In this document: piece by piece, positions 1-9,013 of the stretch | Numbering within the stretch: the stretch's first letter is position 1 | How the letters are laid out: each line of letters opens with the position of its first letter | Source: Nitrososphaeria archaeon | GTDB lineage: Archaea; Thermoproteota; Nitrososphaeria; Nitrososphaerales; JACAEJ01 | Direction of reading: 5' to 3' | DNA: 53,792 nucleotides | NCBI GenBank assembly: GCA_029775875.1 | Contig: JARVKD010000003.1 | Coordinates: forward strand, 1 to 53,792 | The notes under the pieces: generated by a model | What the model saw: the letters and a program-made list of their open reading frames with translations, nothing else | Database searches by the model: none | Told to the model about the DNA's origin: nothing | Made by a program: the position numbers and the translations under genes

Positions 1-1040
1 CCAACAAACTCGGTTTGGTTTCTGGTCACATGGCTAGAGAATTGGGCATCAATATTCCCATGAATACCACAGAGGCTGCTTGTGCCTCCGGTGGCTCTGC
101 CTTTTATAACGCTTGTATCGCCATAAAGTCCGGTATGTATGATGTGGTTCTTGTAGGTGGATTTGAAAAGATGACGGACAGGTCAAGCAAGATCGTAGAT
201 GATCTTATGTTTGCTGCAGACCCCTATGAATTCGACTCAGGCTTTACCTTCCCTGGTTTATATGCATCTATGATGGCAAGATACATTCACGATTATAGTT
301 TTGGAGATCAACGGTGCATAGAAGCCTTGGCACAAATCGCATGTAAGAATCATCATCATGCTGTTAACAATGAATATGCTCAATATCGACGAGATATAAC
401 TGTACAAGATGTCCTCAAATCCACACTTATAGCAGATCCCATAAGGCTCCTTCATTGCTCGCCCGTTTCCGATGGCGCTGCCGCTGTGATTTTGACAAAG
501 CCCGAGTTGGCGAAGAAATATACAGATACGCCAATTTATGTAATTGCGAGTCAACAAGCTACTGACGATATCTCTCTTTACACAAGAGAGAGTATGACAG
601 GGATAAAAGCAACAAGGCTTGCAGTAGGTAAAGCCTTGAAGGAGGCTGGCATAAGTATAGAAGATATTGAAATCGCTGAAGTCCACGACTGCTTTACCAT
701 TGAAGAGGCCATGTTCTTAGAGGATTCTGGTTACTATGAAAATGGCAAAGCTTGGAAAGGTATATACGAGAGTTATGAATCCTTTAAAGGTTCAAAGCAT
801 ATACCATACATCAAAGATGGTAAAGAACTTATTGTGAATTCAGGTGGAGGTCTTAAGGCTGACGGTCATCCTGTAGGTGCCACAGGGATAAGACAAATTC
901 ATGAATGTTTTATTCAGTTGAGAGGAAAAGCCGGTAAGAATCAAGTGGACAAAGACCTAAACTTAGCCCTTTGTCATAACATTGGAGGGACGGGTGGAAT
1001 AGCGACTGTTCACATTCTAGCGAGGGATATTCATGAGTGA
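1..1040 (+). CDS. Acetyl-CoA acetyltransferase (archaeal thiolase), 5'-partial
   Basis: The frame stays open to the window edge (NKLG precedes the TTG at 15). It is thiolase-like throughout, with the active-site Cys region EAACASGGSAF and C-terminal HNIGGTGG. It overlaps the next gene by 8 nt (ATGAGTGA). Confidence 0.85.
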   Translation, partial: NKLGLVSGHMARELGINIPMNTTEAACASGGSAFYNACIAIKSGMYDVVLVGGFEKMTDRSSKIVDDLMFAADPYEFDSGFTFPGLYASMMARYIHDYSFGDQRCIEALAQIACKNHHHAVNNEYAQYRRDITVQDVLKSTLIADPIRLLHCSPVSDGAAAVILTKPELAKKYTDTPIYVIASQQATDDISLYTRESMTGIKATRLAVGKALKEAGISIEDIEIAEVHDCFTIEEAMFLEDSGYYENGKAWKGIYESYESFKGSKHIPYIKDGKELIVNSGGGLKADGHPVGATGIRQIHECFIQLRGKAGKNQVDKDLNLALCHNIGGTGGIATVHILARDIHE

Positions 1041-2535
1041 GCCTATTACAAGAAGAAAAATTCTTGTTAACTACAGGATTCAAGCCTCAAGATGTGCAGA
1101 TTGTGGGAGGACTTATTTTCCGCCCAAGTCTCTCTGTAATAACGAGGGCAGAAGGAGCCGAATGAATTTTGTGGACTATTTCTATGATAAGGGAACTCTT
1201 GCGAGTGGAAGTGCCATTCGTAAACCTACTAACAAGTTCCTTCATGTAGGTTCCTTCATGTCTGCCATAGTTTCCTTTGATAACGGAGAAATCAGAATCC
1301 CTGGAAGAATCACTGATTATGTTCTACCAGAAGAAGAGTTGGACGTTACTCAATTCATAGGGGAGGGTGTTATACCTAGATTTAGACGCCTTTACACAGA
1401 TGGTCCCCAAGGTTTGATCTATTACTCGAGTCTCAACTTCAGCTTTGAAGATGATTATTATCCTTATCAGAAGTATGTAAAAGTAGAAAGCTCAAACGTA
1501 AGCGAACTCCCTGGTATCATAGGTTACGGAACTTACTTGCCAAAATTTAGAATAAAAAGTGAGGACGAATCAGCCTTAGGAGTTAGAGAGAGGACCGTAC
1601 CCTTTGTTGATGAAGATGCAACAACCTTTGCAGTAGAGGCTGGAAAAAGGGCATTAATACATGCTGGCATTGATAGCAGATACGTAAAAAAATGTTTTGT
1701 TGGCTCTGAATCTGCACCTTACGCTGTTAAACCTTCTATGTCTACGGTTTGTCAAGTCTTGCAACTTGGCGAAGAGTATGATGGTGGCTTCTTTAGTGGT
1801 GGTATAGATTCCCAGTTTGCGTGTAAGGCAGCCACAGACCTCTTTATAGATGCTGCAGCCCTAGTAGCTTACCCTACTTTTGGTGGAGAGTATGTTATGG
1901 TTATAGGTTCCGATAACTCTCAAGCTGAAAGGAACGATCCATTAGACTTCACTGTTGGCGCCGGTGCTGCCGCTTTCATTTTTGGAAAAAGAGACGTCAT
2001 CGCAACCCTTGATTACTACGTACCATACACTTCAGACACCTCGGATTTTTACCGGCGAGAAGGACAAAAGTACCCAAGACATGGTGGAAGGTTTACTGGA
2101 GAACCTGCCTACTTTAAGCATGTTGTGACAGCCATGAAAACCGCCTTGAAATTAAGTGGACTAACTCCAAAGGATTTTCGTTTCGTGGTTTGCCATTCAC
2201 CTAATGCAAAATTTCCTTATCTTGCGGCTTTAGAAGCAGGCTTCCAGAAAGATCAAATTGAACCTGGACTAGTGGTCAGATATGTGGGAAACCTTTATTC
2301 TGGTTCAAGCCCTGCCGCTTTAGCAGCAGTTTTAGATATAGCTAATCCGGGAGACAGAATACTTATGACCAGTTATGGATCTGGCGCTGGCAGCGAATCT
2401 TACATATTCACAGTCAAAAAGGAAATCGAAGACAAAAGGGAAAGATCGATTCCTATAAGACAACAGATCGAAAATTCTCACAAAAAATATGTCGACTATA
2501 ACACCTATCGAAAATGGAAGGAAATAGGCGCATAA
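1033..2535 (+). CDS. DUF35 (Zn-ribbon/OB-fold) fused to HMG-CoA synthase
   Basis: The N-terminal ~140 aa has a Zn-ribbon-like RCADCGRTYFPPKSLC followed by an OB-fold-like segment. The remaining ~350 aa is HMG-CoA synthase-like (IIGYGTYLPKFRI start, catalytic Cys context DSQFACKAAT, His motif VVCHSPNAKFP, GNLYSGSSPAALA). Confidence 0.8.
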   Translation: MSEPITRRKILVNYRIQASRCADCGRTYFPPKSLCNNEGRRSRMNFVDYFYDKGTLASGSAIRKPTNKFLHVGSFMSAIVSFDNGEIRIPGRITDYVLPEEELDVTQFIGEGVIPRFRRLYTDGPQGLIYYSSLNFSFEDDYYPYQKYVKVESSNVSELPGIIGYGTYLPKFRIKSEDESALGVRERTVPFVDEDATTFAVEAGKRALIHAGIDSRYVKKCFVGSESAPYAVKPSMSTVCQVLQLGEEYDGGFFSGGIDSQFACKAATDLFIDAAALVAYPTFGGEYVMVIGSDNSQAERNDPLDFTVGAGAAAFIFGKRDVIATLDYYVPYTSDTSDFYRREGQKYPRHGGRFTGEPAYFKHVVTAMKTALKLSGLTPKDFRFVVCHSPNAKFPYLAALEAGFQKDQIEPGLVVRYVGNLYSGSSPAALAAVLDIANPGDRILMTSYGSGAGSESYIFTVKKEIEDKRERSIPIRQQIENSHKKYVDYNTYRKWKEIGA

Positions 2536-2551
2536 AAGCAACTGTTTTAAA

Positions 2552-2848
2552 TTACCCTCCACTTATGGGAGGAAGGATTACAAAAACGTCTCCATTCCTT
2601 AGCTTTTTCTCATTCAATTTTTCACTTTTGATGGCTTGACCATTTATCAAGAAGGTTAAGTTTTCTCTTGGTTCTCTCTTTTCATTGAGTATGAAATGAG
2701 ATAGTTTATCGCCGTAAATTTCCGCTAGTTTGATCAATACATCCATAACACTATCGCCTTTTCTTAATAACAATGATTCTTCCTTTTTGCCAGTAATATC
2801 TCTAATATTGGCGAAGTACTTCAAGTTTATCGAAATGTCTTCATCCAT
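2552..2848 (-). CDS. MoaD/ThiS-family beta-grasp protein (possible SAMP-type ubiquitin-like modifier)
   Basis: 98 aa with a MoaD-like length and pattern; the C-terminus ends in the diglycine ...VILPPISGG. Confidence 0.75.
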   Translation of the reverse strand: MDEDISINLKYFANIRDITGKKEESLLLRKGDSVMDVLIKLAEIYGDKLSHFILNEKREPRENLTFLINGQAIKSEKLNEKKLRNGDVFVILPPISGG

Positions 2849-3075
2849 AGGATGATATTATAAACGGTGAAAATTAAGGGTTATGCTCAACGTCATGATG
2901 CCAACAAGCCACGCTAAGGTTGTGCTAAGTATTCGTCTGCTTGCATAACTTCCCAGAAATTGGTCTTAGATTATACCGTCTGCACATTAATTCTAGCAAA
3001 TCAAGTTTGGACAATATTAAAAATTGCTTAACATAAACAGTCAGATGGTCTAATGTGTCATCATCAAAATTTTGT

Positions 3076-3426
3076 CTACCCTCTTCTCTCAACTGATATG
3101 GTGCACTTTGTAGCCAATGCTGCTATGACACCTAATGCTGCCAACCAAGGTGCCAAAATTGTTCCCACAACTCCTGCTGTGACGGGCATTTCGAGTAGAA
3201 TCCTGCCTTCTTCATTCTTAACTATGATCTTTGTGACATTACCCTCTTTGATCAAATCTTTAACCTTTTTCACTAAGTCTTCCGATGAAACCTTGAACTC
3301 TTCCTTCATTAGCTTGCCTACAGGGAATCCGCAGTTAGGACAGAACCTTGCGCCTTCAGGAAGCTCGACTCCACACTTTTCACATTTTGCCAAACTCTCA
3401 CTTCTCCGCTTTATTGATCTTATCAT
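3076..3426 (-). CDS. Zinc-ribbon protein with DUF4342-like C-terminal domain
   Basis: CEKCGVELPEGARFCPNCG zinc ribbon followed by a hydrophobic-tailed domain resembling DUF4342 (...NVTKIIVKNEEGRILLEMPVTAGVVG...). The opposite-strand ORF 3053..3433 is treated as a shadow ORF. Confidence 0.55.
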   Translation of the reverse strand: MIRSIKRRSESLAKCEKCGVELPEGARFCPNCGFPVGKLMKEEFKVSSEDLVKKVKDLIKEGNVTKIIVKNEEGRILLEMPVTAGVVGTILAPWLAALGVIAALATKCTISVERRG

Positions 3427-3470
3427 GATTTAAAAAATCTTTCTTAAAAAGTTTAAATGACGATTTATCT

Positions 3471-4802
3471 TCAACTTGGTGGTAATGGTATGACTTGGGC
3501 TTTTATCAAAGAGGATAACAACTTCCTTGATCTCTTTATTATTTCTACAGATCTTTTATAAATTTCATCCATAGAAATTCTCCTTCGGGCTAAGCCTAGC
3601 TTTACTGCTTTTTCACCAACTCTACATGCAACTCTTGGATAGACTTCCCATTCCGTCATGTTTGGAATTATGTGATCCCTACTCAATCCCTTCTCTTCTG
3701 CAAATTCCGCTAGCTCTTCTGCAGCTGATATTACCATATCATCAACAATAGCCTTTGCTCTAACATCCAATACGCCTCTAAACACTGATGGAAATATCAG
3801 ACTATTGTTCACTTGATTTGGGAAGTCTGAGCGGCCTGTAGCAACTATATAGGCACCAGCATCTTTAGCCTCCCATGGCCATATTTCAGGAATCGGGTTT
3901 GCCAATGCGAATACTATCGCCTTCTTGTTCATTCTTGATATCCACTCTTTCTTTATTACGTTGGGACCAGGCCTAGATGCAGCTATTAGAACATCAGCAC
4001 CATCAAAAGCTTTGACAAAATCTCCTGAAATTCTTTCTCTATTTGTCTTCATGGCAAGTTCATACTTCCAACGGTGTTTGACCCTTAATTCATCTATATC
4101 GTCCCGTTCTGGATGAAGAATTCCTCTTGAATCTATCAGAATCAAATCTCCTGGATCAGCTCCTGCTTTTATTGTGAGCTGAGCATTTGCTATGTTCGCT
4201 GCACCAACACCAAAAAACAGAATTTTGGTACCGCGTAACTTGCGCCCAGTAATCTTTAATGAATTTATGAGGCTTGCTAATGTAACTCCAGCTGTTCCCT
4301 GTTGATCGTCATGCCATATGGGTATCTCCATCTCTTCTCTAAGCCTGTCAGCTATGTAGAAGCACTTCGGTGAAGCTATGTCTTCAAGGTTTACGCCTCC
4401 AAGTGCTGGTTGTAGACTCTTGATCACTTCTATTATTTTATCAGGCTCATGGGCATTTATTGGCAGTGGAACAGCGTCTACACCACCTAGATATTTGTAA
4501 ATCAAAGATTTGCCTTCCATGACAGGCATGGATGCTTCAGGACCTATATCCCCCAACCCGAGTACTCTGCTCCCATCAGTTATTATCGCTATGGTATTCC
4601 ATCTAGATGTATAATCGAAAGAAAATTCCTTATCATTCTTTATGGCTTCTGAAACTGAGGCTACACCTGGTGTATACCATATCGACAAGTCGCTAAGATC
4701 TCGAACTGGAACTTTTGGAATTATCTCTACCTTACCTCCATAAAAGAGAGAGTACTCTAAGGCCAGCCTTGAAGCCTCTTTTGTAAATGATTCTTCACTC
4801 AT
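3471..4802 (-). CDS. NAD(P)-dependent malic enzyme (oxaloacetate-decarboxylating malate dehydrogenase)
   Basis: 443 aa with typical small malic-enzyme motifs (LSIWYTPGVA, GLGDIGPEASMPVMEGK, GVGAANIA Rossmann loop). Confidence 0.85.
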   Translation of the reverse strand: MSEESFTKEASRLALEYSLFYGGKVEIIPKVPVRDLSDLSIWYTPGVASVSEAIKNDKEFSFDYTSRWNTIAIITDGSRVLGLGDIGPEASMPVMEGKSLIYKYLGGVDAVPLPINAHEPDKIIEVIKSLQPALGGVNLEDIASPKCFYIADRLREEMEIPIWHDDQQGTAGVTLASLINSLKITGRKLRGTKILFFGVGAANIANAQLTIKAGADPGDLILIDSRGILHPERDDIDELRVKHRWKYELAMKTNRERISGDFVKAFDGADVLIAASRPGPNVIKKEWISRMNKKAIVFALANPIPEIWPWEAKDAGAYIVATGRSDFPNQVNNSLIFPSVFRGVLDVRAKAIVDDMVISAAEELAEFAEEKGLSRDHIIPNMTEWEVYPRVACRVGEKAVKLGLARRRISMDEIYKRSVEIIKRSRKLLSSLIKAQVIPLPPS

Positions 4803-4907
4803 AAATGAACTAGCTATAATACTTATTAAAAACTCTTAACACGCAAATCTGTATTCAATAAATTTTAAATTATACCAATCGCTACCTTAGCAAAGAGGGC
4901 ATTAAGT

Positions 4908-5276
4908 TTGGAACTTTCTTGGGAGAAACCAGTCATAGTCTTCTATAAGGAAAGAGCGGAACGTGATAGTAAGGCTTTAGCAGTAATTAAGGCTAAGAAG
5001 ATTACAATTAGCAAAGATGAAAAAAGTGGCAAATTGGAAGGTAATATACAAGATTTTTTCCCTTACATGGGAGACATTGATTACATATCATCACCCAATG
5101 GAATTTCTGATCGTTATGTCATTTGTTGGATGGACGATAGGGAGGATGATTCCATAAAAGCCTGGAGGCGATTGAATGGTGTCACCTTCCCAAAAGGTCT
5201 AGTTTTTAGGATAGACAATATAGGAAAACGTACTTACAATGCAAATTTTGAAGCCGAGCATGGAAAACTAGAGTGA
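4908..5276 (+). CDS. Hypothetical protein (122 aa)
   Basis: Clean ORF with a TTG start and no family recognised by eye. It is not archease-like. Confidence 0.4.
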   Translation: MELSWEKPVIVFYKERAERDSKALAVIKAKKITISKDEKSGKLEGNIQDFFPYMGDIDYISSPNGISDRYVICWMDDREDDSIKAWRRLNGVTFPKGLVFRIDNIGKRTYNANFEAEHGKLE

Positions 5277-5454
5277 CAAAATTAGTTTCTCCTATCTAAA
5301 GAAGGACCCGTACGGAAGAGACCGTTTTTGGTTTCCAAAACTCTGCAACCTTTATTAAAATTTAGTATTTCAACAGAATCTTGCATAGAAACACTTATAA
5401 TCTCAAGAGGATTTAAAATAATTGAGATTTCCTTTTCTTAGGTGGATAAAAACC

Positions 5455-6915
5455 ATGACCATTACATCTCGATACCCATTGAATAAGATAAGCGAAGTGG
5501 AGTATAGGATAGAGACTAACGCAAAAGAAGGGATGAAGGTACCAGTAACTATCTATGCTGATGAGAATCTACTCAGTAAGATGCTTACAGATAGAACTAT
5601 AGACCAAGCCGTAAACGTGAGTTACTTGCCAGGAGTCTACAAACATGTAATAGTGCTACCAGATGGTCATGAAGGGTATGGCTTCCCTATAGGAGGCGTT
5701 GCTGCTACTGATTTTGATACAGGAGTGATATCTCCAGGTGGTGTTGGTTATGATATAAATTGTGGAGTTCGTCTTGTTCGGACTGATCTAACCGAAAAAG
5801 AAGTTCGGCCAAAACTCAGAGAACTGTTAAGAGAACTGTTCAGAGCCATTCCTTCAGGTTTAGGGAGCAAAGGTCAGATCAAGTTGAGCATTAGCCAATT
5901 GGATCAAGTGCTTAGTAATGGTGTGAGATGGGCAATTCAAAATGGCTATGGTTGGGAAGAGGACGCTGAGTTTTGTGAGGAGAATGGCACTATGAAAGGA
6001 GCAGATCCAAGCAAAGTATCATCCACGGCAAAGTCAAGGGGAGCACCGCAACTAGGTAGCCTAGGCTCTGGAAATCATTTCCTCGAGGTAGAATTGGTTG
6101 ATAAAATATTCAATGAAGACGCAGCCAATAAATTTGGCATAACACAAAGTGGTCAAATCGTTGTCCTTATCCATACAGGCTCAAGAGGTCTAGGACATCA
6201 AGTATGTAGTGATTACTTGAGGGTTATGGAGGTCGCTGTAAGCAAGTATAATATCTATCTTCCTGATAGAGAGCTTGCTTGCGCTCCAAACAATTCGAAA
6301 GAAGCTGAGGATTATAAGAAAGCCATGGCTGCAGCTCTAAACTATGCATGGTCAAACCGCCAGATGATAACTCATTGGACTAGAAAGGCTTTCGAAAAAG
6401 TATTCAAAGCGTCAGAAAAAGACCTTAACATGAGGCTTATATACGACGTAGCCCACAACATAGCAAAGCTAGAAGAGCATTCTATAAACGGAGTTAAAAA
6501 GAAAGTAGTTGTGCATAGAAAAGGTGCAACAAGAGCTTTCCCTCCTGGAAGTTCAGCCATACCAGATACTTACAGAGATGTAGGTCAACCAGTGCTTATC
6601 CCAGGTTCGATGGGGACTGCAAGTTGGCTCCTTGTTGGTACTCCCAAGGCCATGGATTTGAGCTTTGGCTCTACGGCTCATGGTGCTGGAAGGATGTTAT
6701 CAAGGGCTGCGTCTGTAAGAGCCTACCCTGCAAGCGAGATTAAGAGGAGGCTTGAGAATCGAGGAATAATTATCGAAGCTGCCAGTTGGAAAGGAATTGC
6801 CGAGGAGGCTCCTGAAGCCTATAAAGATGTAGACTCTGTAGCGGAGGTATCCCATAAGACAGGGATAGCAACCAAAGTGGCAAGGCTTATACCAATAGGA
6901 GTTGTGAAAGGCTAA
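5455..6915 (+). CDS. rtcB: RNA-splicing ligase RtcB
   Basis: RtcB motifs are present (VLPDGHEGYGFPIGGV, GYDINCGVR, GSGNHFLE, HTGSRGLGHQV, HGAGR). The ATG at 5455 is preferred over the TTG at 5422. No intein is present. Confidence 0.9.
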   Translation: MTITSRYPLNKISEVEYRIETNAKEGMKVPVTIYADENLLSKMLTDRTIDQAVNVSYLPGVYKHVIVLPDGHEGYGFPIGGVAATDFDTGVISPGGVGYDINCGVRLVRTDLTEKEVRPKLRELLRELFRAIPSGLGSKGQIKLSISQLDQVLSNGVRWAIQNGYGWEEDAEFCEENGTMKGADPSKVSSTAKSRGAPQLGSLGSGNHFLEVELVDKIFNEDAANKFGITQSGQIVVLIHTGSRGLGHQVCSDYLRVMEVAVSKYNIYLPDRELACAPNNSKEAEDYKKAMAAALNYAWSNRQMITHWTRKAFEKVFKASEKDLNMRLIYDVAHNIAKLEEHSINGVKKKVVVHRKGATRAFPPGSSAIPDTYRDVGQPVLIPGSMGTASWLLVGTPKAMDLSFGSTAHGAGRMLSRAASVRAYPASEIKRRLENRGIIIEAASWKGIAEEAPEAYKDVDSVAEVSHKTGIATKVARLIPIGVVKG

Positions 6916-7077
6916 AGCAAGTTTTTTATTAAAAAGAATATTGAAAAACAGTTCGATAAAAGCCAAAATATGAAAAAAGAAAGCAAAAAGAATCAAATAG
7001 TTTTCAAAGCATAACGTAATTTTATATGAAAAAATATTTAAGATAGTTTATTTCTTACCTTTGAGTCAAGAACATAA

Positions 7078-8427
7078 ATGCTTGAATCTTCATCAGACTT
7101 AGATATAGAAGATAAGATACAGCTATACAAGGATGTCTTCCCTTCCGGTGACATACCAAGGATGGTTTGGGACTTCAAAACTGTTCCCATGGATTTACCT
7201 GCCGAAATTTACATAACCGATACTACTTTCAGAGACGGACAACAAGCTAGAGAACCTTATACGGTAAACCAGATGTTAACTCTTTTCGACTTTTTGCATA
7301 GACTTGGCGGTCCAAAAGCCATCATAAGATGGAGCGAATTCTTTCCCTATACGAAGAGGGATAGAGAAGCCATAAAAGAGATCAAAGAGAGGGGTTACGA
7401 ATATCCAAAGGTTACAGGATGGATGAGGGCTAAGAAGGAAGACTTACAACTTATAAAAGAGATGAAATTGGAGGAGACAGGCATACTTGCCTCCATTTCG
7501 GATTACCATATTCTCCATAAGTTCGGTCTAAGCAGAAGCCAAGTCATAGAAAAGTATCTTGAGATATGTGAGGAAACTCTCAAACTAGGTATAGCCGTAC
7601 GTTGCCACTTGGAAGATGTTACAAGAGCTGATTTTTATGGCACAGTCGTACCCTTTGTAAAGCGCCTAATTCTTCTTGAGGAGAAGTATAATCTACCCGT
7701 CAAAGTACGTCTCAGCGATACTTTAGGCGTTGGTTTACCTTACCCTGAAGCAGCATTACCAAGAAGCATACCAAAGATGGTGTATGGACTTACTCATGAA
7801 GTGGGATTGCCTCATGATAGGCTAGAGTTTCACGGTCATAACGATTTTCATAAAGGAGTAATCAATGCTATTACTGCTTGGCTTTATGGTTGCACTTTCA
7901 ACAATTGTACTTTATTGTCAATTGGCGAGAGGGCTGGAAATACACCTCTTGAAGCCATGGTTATAGAGTATATTCAATTAAAGGGCACAAATAATGGCAT
8001 GGATACAAGAGTCATAAGTGAGATAGCAGACTTTTACGAGAGCATTGGTTTTGAGATTCCCTCATACTATCCTTTGGTGGGGAAGAACTTCACCATCACA
8101 AGGGCAGGGGTTCATGCTGATGGTATACTCAAAGACCCAGAGATATACTTGCCCTTTGACACAGAGAAGATATTGGGTAAATCTCCTAAGATAGCTATTA
8201 CACCTTACTCTGGTGTTGCCGGCATAGCCTTCTGGATCAATCAATACTTTAGATTAAATGGGGACAAAAGGATAGGCAAGGACAATGAAAAGGTAAAGAA
8301 GATATATGAGTGGGTCGAAAAGCAATACTCTAAAGGTAGAATGACAGCTATCTCAGATAAAGAGATGGAAAAACAAGTCATGAAGTATTTTCCTGAGCTT
8401 ATGAACAATAAGAGATCAAATCTTTGA
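7078..8427 (+). CDS. HMGL-like synthase of the LeuA/NifV/CimA family (possible Re-citrate/homocitrate/citramalate synthase)
   Basis: DTTFRDGQQA N-terminal metal/substrate motif and HGHNDFHKG motif of DRE-TIM acyl-CoA-dependent synthases. At 449 aa it lacks a LeuA-type regulatory domain. Confidence 0.6.
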   Translation: MLESSSDLDIEDKIQLYKDVFPSGDIPRMVWDFKTVPMDLPAEIYITDTTFRDGQQAREPYTVNQMLTLFDFLHRLGGPKAIIRWSEFFPYTKRDREAIKEIKERGYEYPKVTGWMRAKKEDLQLIKEMKLEETGILASISDYHILHKFGLSRSQVIEKYLEICEETLKLGIAVRCHLEDVTRADFYGTVVPFVKRLILLEEKYNLPVKVRLSDTLGVGLPYPEAALPRSIPKMVYGLTHEVGLPHDRLEFHGHNDFHKGVINAITAWLYGCTFNNCTLLSIGERAGNTPLEAMVIEYIQLKGTNNGMDTRVISEIADFYESIGFEIPSYYPLVGKNFTITRAGVHADGILKDPEIYLPFDTEKILGKSPKIAITPYSGVAGIAFWINQYFRLNGDKRIGKDNEKVKKIYEWVEKQYSKGRMTAISDKEMEKQVMKYFPELMNNKRSNL

Positions 8428-8431
8428 GAAA

Positions 8432-8968
8432 TCATTTTGTTAACTGATCTTTGACCAATTGAACTAGCTTTTTACCTTCTTTATATATGTCTATTAGAGG
8501 AACTTCTAAATTAGAGATTTTTGGCTTAAGCTTTGCAACTCTGCCAGTAATGGCTATTATTGGATGAACCGTTCCTTCCAAAGTCCTTCTCAAATCTTCC
8601 TTATTCTCTGCTGCTATTATCTTAAAAACATCTCTTCTCTTGGCAATTAGAGAATGAAAACCCTCCAAGAATATTACATCTAGCCCTTCTTCTAGCCTTT
8701 TAATTGTTTCTTCCAGCTCTATTCGCTGATCTTCTTTCTTCTTTATTATGACAACTTCTGTTGGAGCTATAATTGCAATTTTTTTTGCTCCAGCTTGAGC
8801 GTACTTCCATGTGTCCTTGCCCTTTTTATCAATAGTAAAATCTGGTTCGTGAACGTGCTTGATGGAACCTATGCTGAATCCCTCTCTGCTTAGATTAGAT
8901 GTTAAGTACTCTATGGTGGAAGTCTTTCCAGAGCCGCTTTTTCCTACAACCGCTATTATCTTCACCAT
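8432..8968 (-). CDS. mobB: Molybdopterin-guanine dinucleotide biosynthesis adaptor MobB
   Basis: 178 aa with P-loop VVGKSGSGKTS and a MobB-like IKH...D motif. Confidence 0.75.
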   Translation of the reverse strand: MVKIIAVVGKSGSGKTSTIEYLTSNLSREGFSIGSIKHVHEPDFTIDKKGKDTWKYAQAGAKKIAIIAPTEVVIIKKKEDQRIELEETIKRLEEGLDVIFLEGFHSLIAKRRDVFKIIAAENKEDLRRTLEGTVHPIIAITGRVAKLKPKISNLEVPLIDIYKEGKKLVQLVKDQLTK

Positions 8969-9013
8969 TTAGATCATTGACTAAGAGCTTTCAGTAATGG
9001 AGTTGAATTAAAA

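Noticed and set aside
258-686. 142-aa minus-strand ORF inside the thiolase gene. Similar antisense or out-of-frame ORFs occur throughout the track, for example 3053..3433 (+), 6700..6996 (-), 12180..12575 (-), 14292..14603 (-), 16567..16914 (+), 25580..25831 (-), 29132..29518 (+), 47563..47910 (-), 48909..49406 (-) and 51006..51308 (-).
   Set aside because: Each lies wholly within, or mostly overlaps, a strongly supported gene on the other strand or frame. Their composition is low-complexity or biased and no family is recognisable. They are shadow ORFs typical of AT-rich DNA.
3041-3066. C/D-box-sRNA-like elements on the minus strand just after the zinc-ribbon gene (UGAUGAUGA, then 13 nt, then CUGA).
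   Set aside because: No convincing C' box or terminal D box (CUGA) follows within the expected 25-35 nt, and there is no terminal stem. This is probably a chance match in the 3' UTR.
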